A stretch of 64,000 nucleotides of DNA from an uncultured Gemmatimonadaceae bacterium (GTDB lineage: Bacteria > Gemmatimonadota > Gemmatimonadetes > Gemmatimonadales > Gemmatimonadaceae), in NCBI GenBank assembly GCA_963751275.1, contig CAVVTZ010000008.1:55621-119620 (forward strand), written 5' to 3'. The notes under the pieces are model-generated. The model had not been told where the DNA came from. It ran no database searches and saw only the letters and a program-made list of their open reading frames with translations. Positions within the stretch are counted from its first letter, which is position 1, and each line of letters starts with the position of its first letter. This document shows positions 48,260 to 59,150 of this stretch, in pieces. The translations under genes were made by a program, and so were the position numbers.

Positions 48260-49014
48260 TCGACATCCACTCGCATCTGCTGCCGGGCGTCGACGACGGC
48301 GCGCGGTCGTTCGAGGAGGCGCTGCCGGTGCTCGAGCGTTTCGCGGCGGACGGCGTCACCGTGCTCGTGTGCACGCCGCATCTCGATGCGAGCCGCGCGG
48401 ACGATGCGCCGGTCGCCGCGCATGCAGCGCTCCACCAGGAACTCCAGTCGCGCGCGCCCAAGACGCTCGCGCTGCGCACCGGCTGGGAGATCCAGCTCGA
48501 CCTGCCGGGCGTCGATCTCACGCGCACGGAGCTGCACCTGGGCGGCTCCACGGCGGCGCTGGTGGAATTCGCCGGCATGACGGTGCCGCCCAACGCCACG
48601 AAGGAGATCTACCGCATCCGCATGAGCGGCGTGGTGCCGGTGCTCGCGCATCCGGAGCGCTACCGGGGCGCGACGCTCGAGAACGTGGAGGAATGGCGCG
48701 GCGCCGGCGCGGTGACGCAGCTCGACGCCGCGATGCTCTTCGGCAACGCGCCCATGTGCCGGCTCGCCCGCGCGATGCTCCAGCGCGGGCTCATCGATTG
48801 CATCGCGAGCGACAATCACGCCGACGGCCGCTCGCTCCTGAGCGCGCGCCGCTGGCTCGAAGAGCTCGGCGCGCCCGAGCAGGCCGTGCTGCTCACCGAG
48901 ACCAATCCGGGCCGCCTCCTCGCGAACGCGGGGCCGCTGCCCGTGGATCCGATCCCCGAGGCGGAAGAGGGCGTGATCGCCCGGCTCCGCGCCCTCATCA
49001 CCGGACGCCCATGA
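48256..49014 (+). CDS. CpsB/CapC-like PHP tyrosine phosphatase
   Basis: IDIHSHLLPGVDDGA, TPH, LAHPERY, ASDNH. Confidence 0.9.
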   Translation: MIDIHSHLLPGVDDGARSFEEALPVLERFAADGVTVLVCTPHLDASRADDAPVAAHAALHQELQSRAPKTLALRTGWEIQLDLPGVDLTRTELHLGGSTAALVEFAGMTVPPNATKEIYRIRMSGVVPVLAHPERYRGATLENVEEWRGAGAVTQLDAAMLFGNAPMCRLARAMLQRGLIDCIASDNHADGRSLLSARRWLEELGAPEQAVLLTETNPGRLLANAGPLPVDPIPEAEEGVIARLRALITGRP

Positions 49015-49574
49015 CCGACCGACTGACGCAGGCCCTGCGCGACCTCGCCGAGACGGCCACGCGCACGGCCGACACGATCGCTCCGCAGATCGAGCGCGCG
49101 CTGGAGATGGTGCGCGCCACGGTGAAGGGCGGCGGCACGCTCTACTTCTGCGGCAACGGCGGCAGCGCGGCGGACGCGCAGCACATGGCCACGGAATATG
49201 TGGTGCGCTACATGAAGGACCGGCGCGCGTATCCGGCGGTGGCGCTCACGACGGACACGTCGCTGCTCACCGCCGTGGGCAACGACCTGGGCTTCGACCA
49301 GGTGTTCTCGCGCCAGGTGGAGGCGCTCTGCCGGAAGGGCGACCTGCTCATCATCCATTCCACGAGCGGCATGTCGGCGAACGTGCTGCGCGCGGCCGAA
49401 GCCGCGAAGAAGAAGGGCGTTCCCGTGCTCGCGTTCTCGGCACGCGATGGCGGCAAGCTCAGGGCCCTCGCCGACCATTCGGTGATCGTTCCCACGCAGC
49501 GCACCGACCGCGCGCAGGAGGTGCAGCTCTGCATCGAGCATGCGATCTGCGAGATCATGGAGAGCGCGCTGTGA
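49011..49574 (+). CDS. gmhA: Phosphoheptose isomerase (SIS domain)
   Basis: CGNGGSAADAQH, TAVGND.GF..VFSRQV, STSG.S.N, QE. Confidence 0.92.
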   Translation: MTDRLTQALRDLAETATRTADTIAPQIERALEMVRATVKGGGTLYFCGNGGSAADAQHMATEYVVRYMKDRRAYPAVALTTDTSLLTAVGNDLGFDQVFSRQVEALCRKGDLLIIHSTSGMSANVLRAAEAAKKKGVPVLAFSARDGGKLRALADHSVIVPTQRTDRAQEVQLCIEHAICEIMESAL

Positions 49575-50326
49575 TGGAGCTCAAGGGGAAGCGCGCGCTG
49601 GTGACCGGCGGGTCGCGCGGGATCGGCGCGGCGACGTCGCTGATGCTCGCGAAGGCGGGCGTGGACGTGGGCATCGGCTATCGCTCGCGCACCGAGGAAG
49701 CGGAGGCTCTGGCGGCGCAGTGCCGCGCGCTCGGCGTGCGCGCGTTCGCGCAGGCGTCGGACATTGGGACCGCGGCGGGATCCAACGTGCTGGCCGCGCG
49801 CGCGAAGAAGGAATTCGGCGGGATCGACATCTTCGTCGGGAACGCCGGCATCTGGCCGGTGGAGGAGATGCCGGTGGCCGGCATGGCGGACGAGCGCTGG
49901 GCGAACACGATGCGCGAGAACGTGGACGGGATGTTCTTCTCCACGCGCGCGGCGCTCCGCGTGATGAGCGAGAACGGTCGCGTCGTGCTGGTGTCGAGCA
50001 CGGCGGGGCAGCGCGGCGAGTCGATGCACGCGGACTACGGGGCGAGCAAGGGCGCGATGATCAGCTTCGTGAAGTCGCTGGCGATCGAACTCGCGCCGCG
50101 CGGGATCACGGTGAACAGCGTGGCGCCCGGCTGGGTGGACACCGAGATGGCCGCGCAGCCGTACGCGAACGGCGGGCGCGAACGCATCGCCGCGACGATC
50201 CCGATCGGGCGGATCGCGACGGCCGAGGACATCGCGGGTCCCATCGTATTCCTCTGCTCGCCGCTGGCGCGGCACATCACCGGCGAGATCCTGAACGTGA
50301 ACGGCGGCAGCGTGCTGTGCGGGTGA
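49574..50326 (+). CDS. Short-chain dehydrogenase/reductase
   Basis: TGGSRGIG, NAG, YGASK, VAPGWVDT. Confidence 0.92.
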   Translation: MELKGKRALVTGGSRGIGAATSLMLAKAGVDVGIGYRSRTEEAEALAAQCRALGVRAFAQASDIGTAAGSNVLAARAKKEFGGIDIFVGNAGIWPVEEMPVAGMADERWANTMRENVDGMFFSTRAALRVMSENGRVVLVSSTAGQRGESMHADYGASKGAMISFVKSLAIELAPRGITVNSVAPGWVDTEMAAQPYANGGRERIAATIPIGRIATAEDIAGPIVFLCSPLARHITGEILNVNGGSVLCG

Positions 50327-50333
50327 GCGCGGC

Positions 50334-51317
50334 ATGATCCCGATCGTCTTCACCGGCGGCACGATCTCCATGCGCATGGACACGGCGCAGGGAGGCGCGG
50401 TGCCCGCGCTCTCGGGGCGCGAGATCCTCGCCGCCACGCGCGGCATTGAGAGCGTCGCGCCGGTGGAGCTGGACGAGTGGGGCGCGTTCCCGGGCCCGCA
50501 CATGACCACCGAGCGCATGTGGGCGTTGCGCGCGCGCATCATGGAGCATCTCGCGCGCGCCGAGGTGCAGGGCGTGGTGGTCACGCACGGCACCGATTCC
50601 CTCGAAGAGAGCGCGTATCTCATCGCGCGCTCGGTGGCCGGCGAGAAACCGGTGGTGTTCACCGGTGCGATGCGCACCGCCAGCGACCTCGGCTGGGATG
50701 GTCCGGCGAACCTGCTCGATTCCGTGCGCGTGGCCGCGAGCCCCGATTCGCGCGGCTTTGGCGCGATGGTGGCGATGGGCGGCCGCGTGTTCACGGGGCT
50801 CGACGTGACCAAGGCGCACACGCATCTGCTGGACGCGTTCGAGAGTCCCGGACTCGGTCCGATCGCCGTGATCGACGATGGCGCCGTGATCTTCCGCCGC
50901 GCGCTGCCGCCGGCGCCGCCGGTGCTCGCGCCCGCGGCGCCCGGCGGGCCGGTGGACATCGTGTACGCGTGGGCCGGCGCCGACGACCGGCTGCTCGAGG
51001 CATCGCGCGCCACGGCGCGGGGGCTCGTGGTGGCGGGCATGGGGCGGGGGAACGTGCCGCCCGCGATGGTGCCGGGCATCGCGCGCTGGATCGCCGACGG
51101 GAAGCCGGTGGTGATCGCGTCGCGCGCGCAGCGCGGGCGCGTGGGCGAAACGTACGCGTACGAGGGTGGCGGCCGCCGCCTGCACGCGATGGGGACGATC
51201 CTCGCCGGCGGGCGCCGTCCGCCGCAGGCGCGCATCGACTTGCTGCTCGCGCTCGGCGCCGGCTTGGACATGGCGGGCGTCCGCGAAGTGTTCGAGTGGC
51301 GGAGCCAAAGCGAATGA
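50334..51317 (+). CDS. L-asparaginase family protein
   Basis: TGGTISM, VTHGTDSLEE, TGAMR, DGPANL. Confidence 0.92.
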   Translation: MIPIVFTGGTISMRMDTAQGGAVPALSGREILAATRGIESVAPVELDEWGAFPGPHMTTERMWALRARIMEHLARAEVQGVVVTHGTDSLEESAYLIARSVAGEKPVVFTGAMRTASDLGWDGPANLLDSVRVAASPDSRGFGAMVAMGGRVFTGLDVTKAHTHLLDAFESPGLGPIAVIDDGAVIFRRALPPAPPVLAPAAPGGPVDIVYAWAGADDRLLEASRATARGLVVAGMGRGNVPPAMVPGIARWIADGKPVVIASRAQRGRVGETYAYEGGGRRLHAMGTILAGGRRPPQARIDLLLALGAGLDMAGVREVFEWRSQSE

Positions 51318-52611
51318 ACGCGCGCGACACCGCACGCTTGAAACCGCCGGGCGTGGTGCTCGACATCGCGCGCACGCTCGAGGGTGCGGGCTACGAGACG
51401 TGGTTCGTGGGCGGCGCGGTGCGCGATGCGCTGCTCGGCGAGGCGCATCTCGACTGGGACCTCGCGACCGCCGCCACGCCGCCGCAGGTGAAGAGACTGT
51501 TCAAGCGCACGGTGCCGGTGGGGATCAAGTTCGGCACGATGGGCGTGCTCGACCCGGCCGGCGGCATGCACGAGGTGACGACCTTCCGCCGCGACGTGAA
51601 GACGGACGGCCGCCACGCCGAGGTGGAGTTCGGTGCGTCGCTGGACGAGGATCTCGCACGCCGCGATCTCACCATCAATGCGATCGCATACTCGGCGTCG
51701 CGCAAGGAGCTGCACGATCCGTTCGACGGGCGCGGCGACCTGGAGAAGCGCGTCGTGCGCGCGGTGGGCAAGGCGTCCGACCGGATGAAAGAGGACCGGC
51801 TGCGCGCGCTGCGAGCGCTGCGCTTCGCCGCCCGCTTCGGTTTCACCATCGACGCGGCGACATGGAACGCGATCCTCGAGAGCGCGCCGCATCTCGGGCG
51901 CCTTTCGATGGAGCGCGTGAAGCAGGAGCTCGAGAAGACGATGGAGCAGGTGGCGTGGCCGAGTGAGGCGATGAAGCTCTGGCGGAAGTGCGGCGCGTTC
52001 ACCTCGCTCGTTCCCGCGCTGGCCGGCGTGAGCGACGTGACGCTCAAGTCGCTCGACGCGATGGCGCAGCCGCGCGGCGCGGCGCATCCGGAGCGGCGGA
52101 TCGAACGGATGACGGCCCTCTTCGCCGAACTGCCGCCCAAGGACGCGGAGAAGGCGCTCAAGGCGCTCAAGTTCTCGAACAGCGATGTGTCGTGGATCAA
52201 GGAATCGCTCGAGCGCTGGCGCGCGCTGGAGCCGCAGGTGCGAGCGGCGATCTCGGGGAGCGCGCCGGTGGCGGCGGTGACCGTGCGCCGCTGGGTGGCG
52301 CTGGCGGGGCGCGTGCGCGTGGGCGCGGTGATGCGCCTGCTCGCCGCGCGCTACGCCGCGGAGCGGGGGCGGGCATGGCCGCGCCGACCGCTGAGCGCGT
52401 CGCCTCGCTCTACCGCCGGATGTCGCGCGCGGCGTTCCACGAGCCGGTGGAGATGGGTGACCTCGCGATCGACGGCGATGACCTGCGCGCCGCGGGGATC
52501 CCCGCGGGCCCGGCCATGGGGCGCATGCTGCAGTCGCTGCTGGAGTGGGTGCTGGAGGATCCGTCGCGGAACACGCGCGAGGCGCTGCTGGCGCGAGCGC
52601 AGGAGGCGTAG
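51314..52611 (+). CDS. cca: CCA tRNA nucleotidyltransferase; frameshift near 52375
   Basis: VGGAVRD..DWDLAT, DLARRDLTINA, ED.LRALRALRF, tail L.IDG.DL...GI..GP.MG. Confidence 0.85.
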
Positions 52612-52615
52612 CGCG

Positions 52616-53149
52616 ATGGCGTTCTTCCGCGACCACCCATTGCAGCTGCCCTTCTGGGACCAATTCCGCACGGTGCCCAGCGGATTCATGATGACGAAGG
52701 AGGCGGCGGGATACTGGGCCTTCCACGTGGTGGCGGGCGAGACCGGCGCGGTGTCGCTCTTCCTCGCGCTGCTCGGTGAATTGAGCGGCGCGGTGACGGT
52801 GGAGATGGAGGACAAGCACGCGGAGCGGGCGTGGAAGGGTGGTGCGCCGTCGGTCGCGCCGGTACGCGACGCATTGCTCCCGCTCGAGCAGCCGCTGATC
52901 GCGCTGGGCGGCGTGCAGATCATGGTGTTCACGCCAACCGATCAGCTCACGCTCAACGCGGTGAAGGAGTTGTTCATCTACTCGCAGAGCGACCGCTGGG
53001 CGAACCTGCTCGAGGGGAAGGGGATCAAGGAGCAGCGGCTGGTGCGCACGAAGAGCTGGAAGTTCGCGCGCCAGCGCGTGGGGCCGGCGCCGGAGCTCAG
53101 CGAGCTCGTCGTGACAGCGGCGCACGCGATGGGGCTCGCGGTCGCATGA
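52616..53149 (+). CDS. Hypothetical protein
   Basis: AGGAGG RBS then ATG; 177 aa, stop overlaps next start. Confidence 0.75.
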   Translation: MAFFRDHPLQLPFWDQFRTVPSGFMMTKEAAGYWAFHVVAGETGAVSLFLALLGELSGAVTVEMEDKHAERAWKGGAPSVAPVRDALLPLEQPLIALGGVQIMVFTPTDQLTLNAVKELFIYSQSDRWANLLEGKGIKEQRLVRTKSWKFARQRVGPAPELSELVVTAAHAMGLAVA

Positions 53150-53856
53150 CGCTCACCGCGTACGTGCTCGCGGCGGTGGCCGCGAATCTCGCCGGCGCCG
53201 CGGTCGTCACCTGGCGCAGCCGCTGGAGCGTGCGCGCGCTCGAGATGATGATCGCGCTCGCCGCGGGATTCATGATCTCCGTCGCGCTGCTCGACATGAT
53301 GCCGGCCGCGTACGCGGGCGGCGGCTCCACCGCCGCGTTCGTCGCGCTCGGCGGGTTCCTGGCAGTGCATCTCACGCAGCACGCGCTGGCGCCGCACTTC
53401 CACTTCGGCGAAGAGACGCACGAGGTCACCGAGGCGGCGAGCGTGTCGGCGTTGGTCGGGTTGATGGTGCACACCATGGTGGATGGCGTGGCGATCGTGA
53501 GCGCCAGCGCGGCGAACGCGCAGCTCGGCGCCCTCGTCTTCTTCGCCATCGTGCTGCACAAACTGCCGGAGGGGCTCGCCATCGCGAGTCTCTTCCTCGC
53601 GGCCGGTTCGAGCCGCGGGCGCGCGTTCTTCGCCGCGGCGCTGCTCGGCGCGGCCACGGTGATCGGAGCGGTGCTGACGCCGCGGATCCCAGTGCTCGCG
53701 ACGTGGGGACTCGCCCTCTCGGCGGGCGTCACGCTGTATGTGGGCGCGTCGAACCTCATTCCGGAATTCCAGGCGAAGCGCAGCGGGAGCCTGCAGGCCT
53801 CCTTCTTCGCGGGTGTCGCGCTGTATCTGGCGGCGCACGCGCTGGTGTTCTGGTGA
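53146..53856 (+). CDS. ZIP family metal transporter
   Basis: AAGFMI, HFHFGEE.H, HTMVDG, LHKLPEG. Confidence 0.9.
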   Translation: MTLTAYVLAAVAANLAGAAVVTWRSRWSVRALEMMIALAAGFMISVALLDMMPAAYAGGGSTAAFVALGGFLAVHLTQHALAPHFHFGEETHEVTEAASVSALVGLMVHTMVDGVAIVSASAANAQLGALVFFAIVLHKLPEGLAIASLFLAAGSSRGRAFFAAALLGAATVIGAVLTPRIPVLATWGLALSAGVTLYVGASNLIPEFQAKRSGSLQASFFAGVALYLAAHALVFW

Positions 53857-55218
53857 GATCGCGCGCGCCGGCCGGCAAGGGACGCTCGGAGAGCGAAGCC
53901 CAGCTCTTCCAGGCGCCGGTGGCCGCGCAGCCGCTGGCGGCGCGCATGCGCCCGCGCACGCTCGATGAGTTCGTCGGCCAGGCGAAGCTCCTCGCGCCGG
54001 GCAAGGCGCTGCGCGTGGCGATCGAGCAAGGGCGCGTGGACTCCATGATCTTCTGGGGCCCGCCCGGCAGCGGGAAGACGTCGCTCGCGCTGCTCGTGGC
54101 GCAGCACGGCGACCGCGCGTTCGTCCCCTTCTCGGCGGTCACCGAAGGCGTGCCGCGGCTGCGCGAGATCATCGCGGAGGCGGAGGAGCGGCTCGCCACG
54201 AACCAGCGCGGCACCGTGCTGTTCGTGGACGAGATCCACCGGTTCAACAAGTCGCAGCAGGACGCGTTCCTGCCGCACGTGGAGCGGGGCACGGTCACGC
54301 TCATCGGCGCGACCACCGAGAATCCTTCGTTCGAAGTGATCGGCGCGCTGCTCTCGCGCACGCGGGTGTTCGTGCTGGATCCGCTCACCGCGGAGGACAT
54401 CACCAAGCTGATCGACCGCGCGCTCACCGACGAATCGCGCGGGCTGGGCCGCCTCAAGCTCGCGCTCGAGCCCGACGCGCGCGAGCTGCTCGCCACGGAG
54501 GCCGACGGCGATGCCCGCCGCGCGCTCACCGCGCTCGAGGCCGCCGCCGCGCACGCGGGGTTCGAGGGCACGATCACGGTGGACGTGGTGCGCGAGGCGC
54601 TGCAGAAACGGTTCGCACGCCACGACAAGAGTGGCGAGGCGCACTTCAACGCGCTCTCGGCGTACCACAAGTCGCTGCGCGGCAGCGATCCGCAGGGCGC
54701 GCTCTATTGGATGGCGCGCATGATCGACGGCGGCGAGGATCCGATGACGCTCTTCCGCCGCGCGATCGCGATGGCCGCCGAGGACATCGGGCTGGCCGAC
54801 CCGAACGCGCTGCAACTCGCGATGGCCGCGCGCGACGCGTACCACATGCTCGGCCCGCCCGAGGGTTATCTTCCCTTGGCGGAGATGACGATCTACCTGG
54901 CCACCGCGCCCAAGTCGAACGCGACGAAGCGGGCGCTGGACGGCGCGTTGGCGGCCGCGCGCGAGACGCCGGGGGCGCCGGTGCCGCTGCACATCCGGAA
55001 CGCGCCCACCGCGCTGATGAAGGAGTTGGGCTACTTCAAGGGCTACCAGTACGCGCACGATTCCGAGAACGCGTACATCCCGCAGCAATACCTGCCGGAT
55101 GAGATCAGGGACGCGACGATTCTACGAGCCCGGGAAGTTCGGATTCGAGAAGGAGATCGCAAAGCGGATGGCGTGGTGGAAGAATCTTGAGGCGCCGAAG
55201 GATTCCAAGAGTGGGTAA
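53853..55218 (+). CDS. rarA: Replication-associated recombination protein A (MgsA); frameshift near 55120
   Basis: PLAARMRP, WGPPGSGKT, DEIHRFNKSQQD, GATTENPSF, KSLRGSD, VPLHIRNAPT. Confidence 0.94.
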
Positions 55219-55221
55219 TGA

Positions 55222-55355
55222 AACGAACTGCTTTTGACAGGATAACAGCGGATTGCACGGGATTGCACAGGATGACTGCCCTGCGCCTGGCGCGCAGGGC
55301 AGTCATCCTGTGCAATCCCGTGCAATCCGCTGTTATCCTGTCAAAGCAGTTCGTT
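55222..55355. repeat. Near-perfect 134-bp palindrome with internal tandem 10-mers
   Basis: About 64-nt arms identical but for one T indel, 5-nt loop; GGATTGCAC twice per arm. Confidence 0.93.
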
Positions 55356-55412
55356 GACTCGATACCAGAAATTCCTTGTGAGTAAGCCCGGAGCGATAAG
55401 TTGACCCGTGAG

Positions 55413-56690
55413 ATGATCTCCCTCGAAACCGTCATCGAGCGCGCGTTGCTCGTCGGCGCGCCGATGAAGGGCGCCGGTGCACGCCGCCGCCTCGACGAAC
55501 ATCTCGAGGAACTCTCCGAATTGGCCGACACGGCGGGCGCGACGGTCGTCGGCGAGGTCACGCAGCTGCTCGACCGGCCGCATCCGGGCACGTATCTCGG
55601 CAGCGGCAAGCTCGAGGAGCTGAAGGCGCTCATTGATGAGAAGCAGGCGACGCTCGTGATCTTCGACGACGAGCTGACGCCGGCGCAGCTGCGCAACATC
55701 GAGAACGCCGTGGGGAAGCGCGTCATGGACCGCGCCGAGCTCATCCTGGACATTTTCGCGGTGCGCGCGCGCACGAGTGAGGCGAAGATGCAGGTGGAGC
55801 TCGCGCAGCTCGAGTATCTGCTGCCGCGCCTGACGCGGATGTGGACCCACCTCGAGAAATTCCGCGGCGGCATCGGCATGCGCGGCCCGGGTGAAACGCA
55901 GCTCGAGACCGACCGCCGGCTCATCGGCCACCGGATCGGCGCGCTCAAGGACAAGCTCGCCGACGTGCAGCGCGCGCGCGCGGTGCAGCGCTCGTCGCGA
56001 CGCACGAGCTTCCGCGCGTCGCTCGTGGGCTACACGAATGCGGGGAAGTCTTCGATCCTCCGGTCGCTGGCGGCGGCGCCCGACATCTTCGTCGAGAACC
56101 GGCTCTTCGCCACGCTCGATCCGCTCACGCGCGAAGTGGATCTCGGCGAATCGCAGAAGGTGCTGGTCACCGACACCGTCGGCTTCATCCGCAAGCTGCC
56201 GCACGATCTCGTCGCGAGCTTCCGCGCCACGCTGGAGGAGGTGAAGGAGGCCGATCTGCTGCTGCACGTGATCGACGCGAGCCACCCGCTCTGGGAGGAC
56301 CAGGCGCGCACGGTGATCGAGGTGCTCGAGGAGCTCGGCGCCGGCGAGCGCCCGATGCTCACGGTGTTCAACAAGATGGATCTCGTGGCCGAAGAGTCGC
56401 TGCACGCCCTGCAGGCGCGCGCGAAGGAGATCGCGCCCGACTCCGTGTTCGTGTCCGCCGTGTCCGAGCATGGCCTCGAACCGCTGCGCCGCGCGCTGCT
56501 GGCGGTGGTGCGCAAGCTCAAACCGGTGACCGAGCTGCGCGTGAGCACGAGCGACGGCCGGCTGCTCGCCGAGCTGCATCGTTCGGGCGAGGTGCTCGAC
56601 CAGCGCAACGACGGCGAGGAGATGGTGATCCGCGTGCGCCTCGACGCGGCGGCGCTCGGACGGCTGCGCGCCGCGGGCGCGAAGGGGTGA
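55413..56690 (+). CDS. hflX: GTPase HflX
   Basis: LILDIFA.RA.T.E, GPGETQLETDRR, GYTNAGKS, LFATLDP, DTVGFI, NKMD. Confidence 0.96.
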   Translation: MISLETVIERALLVGAPMKGAGARRRLDEHLEELSELADTAGATVVGEVTQLLDRPHPGTYLGSGKLEELKALIDEKQATLVIFDDELTPAQLRNIENAVGKRVMDRAELILDIFAVRARTSEAKMQVELAQLEYLLPRLTRMWTHLEKFRGGIGMRGPGETQLETDRRLIGHRIGALKDKLADVQRARAVQRSSRRTSFRASLVGYTNAGKSSILRSLAAAPDIFVENRLFATLDPLTREVDLGESQKVLVTDTVGFIRKLPHDLVASFRATLEEVKEADLLLHVIDASHPLWEDQARTVIEVLEELGAGERPMLTVFNKMDLVAEESLHALQARAKEIAPDSVFVSAVSEHGLEPLRRALLAVVRKLKPVTELRVSTSDGRLLAELHRSGEVLDQRNDGEEMVIRVRLDAAALGRLRAAGAKG

Positions 56691-56764
56691 GCGCGCTGTC
56701 GCTTGTTCGCCCCTCGGGCGGCGGTTAGTTTGCCGCATCCCTTTGTCGAGCAGTGGCCGCCGGC

Positions 56765-58080
56765 ATGAGCACCTACGAAGAGCTTTCCTCCAAGATCCAG
56801 CGGCGGGACATCACTTGTGGTGTGCTCGGCCTCGGCTACGTCGGCCTGCCGCTCGCCATCGAGATGGGGAAGGCGGGGCTGAAGGTGATCGGCTTCGAGG
56901 TGAGCGGCCGCATCACCGATGGCGTGAACGCCGGCGAGAGTCACATCAAGGATGTGGCCGCCGCCGACGTGCAGGCGCTGCCGGAAGTCGGGGAAGCTCG
57001 AGGCGACGATGGACATGTCGCGCCTCAAGGAATGCGACGTCATCTCCGTGTGCGTGCCGACGCCGCTCGGGAAGACGAAGGACCCCGACATGAGCTTCGT
57101 CGTCGCGGCCACGGAGTCGGTGGCCGCCGCGCTGCGCCCCGGCCAGCTGATCGTGCTCGAGAGCACGACGTATCCCGGCACGACGCGCGAACTGATGGAG
57201 CCGAGCTTCGAGAAGCGCGGGCTCAAGGTGGGAGAGGGCTTCTTCCTCTGTTTCAGCCCCGAGCGCGTGGATCCGGGCAACCCGCAGTGGCAGACGAAGA
57301 ACACGCCCAAGGTGCTCGGCGGCGTGACGCCCAAGTGCAGCGAGCTGGGCCGCCGCGTGTACGAGCTGTTCATCGACAAGGTGATCGAGGTCAGCTCGCC
57401 CGAAGCGGCGGAGCTCACCAAGCTCCTCGAGAACACCTTCCGCATGATCAACATCGGCCTCGTGAACGAGATGGCCGTGATCTGCGACAAGCTCGGGGTG
57501 AGCGTGTGGGAAGTGATCGAGGCCGCGGCGACCAAGCCGTTCGGCTTCATGAAGTTCACGCCGGGCCCGGGGCTCGGCGGGCACTGCATCCCGCTCGACC
57601 CGCATCTATCTCGCGTGGAAGATGCGCACGCTGCACTACAAGACGCGCATGATCGAGCTCGCGGGCGAGATCAACACCGAGATGCCGGCGTTCTGGGTGT
57701 CGAAGACACAAGACGCGCTGAACGAAGTGGGGAAGGCGCTCAAGGGCTCGCGCGTGCTCGTGCTTGGCGTCGCGTACAAGAAGGACATCGACGACCTGCG
57801 CGAGTCGCCGGCGCTCGACATCCTCGACCTGCTCACGCAGAAGGGATGCGTCGTGAGCTATCACGATCCGCTCGTGCCGGAGATCCGCGCGGACGACCAC
57901 ACGCCCGAGGGCGCGGTGGGCAAGTCGGTGCCGCTCACGGATGCGGCGCTCAGCGGTGCGGACGCGGTGCTCGTGGTGACCGACCACTCGGTGGTGGATT
58001 ACGCGCGCGTGTCGCGGCTCGCGAAGATCGTGATCGACACGCGCAACGCGACGGCCGCCTACCGCGGCGCGAAGACGTAA
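56765..58080 (+). CDS. UDP-GlcNAc 6-dehydrogenase (WbpA-like nucleotide sugar dehydrogenase); frameshifts near 56985 and 57605
   Basis: GLGYVGLP, CVPTP, LESTTYPGTT, SPERVDPGN, KLLENTFR, GGHCIP.DP, DLRESPA. Confidence 0.9.
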
Positions 58081-59150
58081 TGGCCGACAAGACCTTCCGC
58101 ATCGTGCTGGTGGGCTGCGGCCGGATCAGCGAGCGGCACTTCGAAGCGATCGCGAGCCAGCCGAGTCTCAAGCTGGTGGGCGTGTGCGACGAGGTCGCGG
58201 CGCGCGCGAAGGAGGCGGGGGAGAAGCACGGCGTGCCGTATTTCTCGAGCGAAGCGGAATTGCTCGACAAGGTGAAGGCCGACGTGGCGGTGATCTGCAC
58301 GCCGAGCGGGCTGCATCCGAAGCACGGCATTTTGGCGGCGCAGCACGGGCTGCACGTGATCGTGGAGAAGCCGATCGCGACGCGCCTCGAGGAGGCGGAT
58401 GCGCTGGTGAAGGCGTGCGACGACGCGAAGGTGAACCTGTTCGTCGTGAAGCAGAACCGGCTCAATCCGGCGATCGTGCTGCTCAAGAAGTCGATCGACA
58501 CCGACCGCTTCGGGCGCATCTATCTCGCGAACACCACCGTGCGCTGGAACCGTCCGCAGAGTTACTACGACGCGGCGCCCTGGCGCGGCACGTGGGAGTT
58601 CGACGGCGGCGCGTTCATGAACCAGGCGAGCCACTACGTGGACATGATCCAGTGGCTGGTGGGGCCGGTGGCGAGCGTGAGCGCGAAGACCGCGACGCTC
58701 GCGCGGCGCATCGAGAGCGAGGACACGGGCGTCGCGGTGCTCAAGTTCCGCAGCGGCGCGATGGGAACGATCGAGGTGACGATGCTCACCTACCCGAAGA
58801 ACCTCGAGGGTTCGATCACCGTGCTCGGTGAGAACGGCACGGTGAAGGTGGGCGGCACTGCGCTCAATCGCATCGAGACGTGGGAGTTCGCGAAGTACGA
58901 CGAGACGATCGACAAGGACGCCGAGGCGCAGAAGGCGGCGCCGAACCCGTTGAGCGTGTACGGCTCGGGGCACAAGCCGTACTACGAGAACGTGGTGAAG
59001 GTGCTGAAGGGTGAAGCCGTGCCGGGCACCGATGGGCGCGAGGGACGGAAGTCGCTCGAGCTGATCCTTGCGATCTATGAATCCGCGCGCACCGACCGCG
59101 AAGTGACGCTGCCGATGCGGTCGTTCTCCGAGGAGACTCCCCGCACATGA
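58080..59150 (+). CDS. Gfo/Idh/MocA oxidoreductase (WbpB/WlbA-like)
   Basis: VGCGRI, CTPSGLH, EKP, VVKQNR.N, WRGTWEFDGGAFMNQASHYVD. Confidence 0.9.
   Translation: MADKTFRIVLVGCGRISERHFEAIASQPSLKLVGVCDEVAARAKEAGEKHGVPYFSSEAELLDKVKADVAVICTPSGLHPKHGILAAQHGLHVIVEKPIATRLEEADALVKACDDAKVNLFVVKQNRLNPAIVLLKKSIDTDRFGRIYLANTTVRWNRPQSYYDAAPWRGTWEFDGGAFMNQASHYVDMIQWLVGPVASVSAKTATLARRIESEDTGVAVLKFRSGAMGTIEVTMLTYPKNLEGSITVLGENGTVKVGGTALNRIETWEFAKYDETIDKDAEAQKAAPNPLSVYGSGHKPYYENVVKVLKGEAVPGTDGREGRKSLELILAIYESARTDREVTLPMRSFSEETPRT

Noticed and set aside
49208..53125. Very long minus-strand ORFs (also 15239-17992, 45232-47106, 2945-4711)
   Set aside because: Antisense shadows of high-GC plus-strand genes; Arg/Ala-rich with no motifs
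50477..53149. Apparent fusion ORFs (cca with downstream gene; also 56952-59150 and 37208-39787)
   Set aside because: Produced by indels and stop-poor alternative frames; each part has its own start and stop
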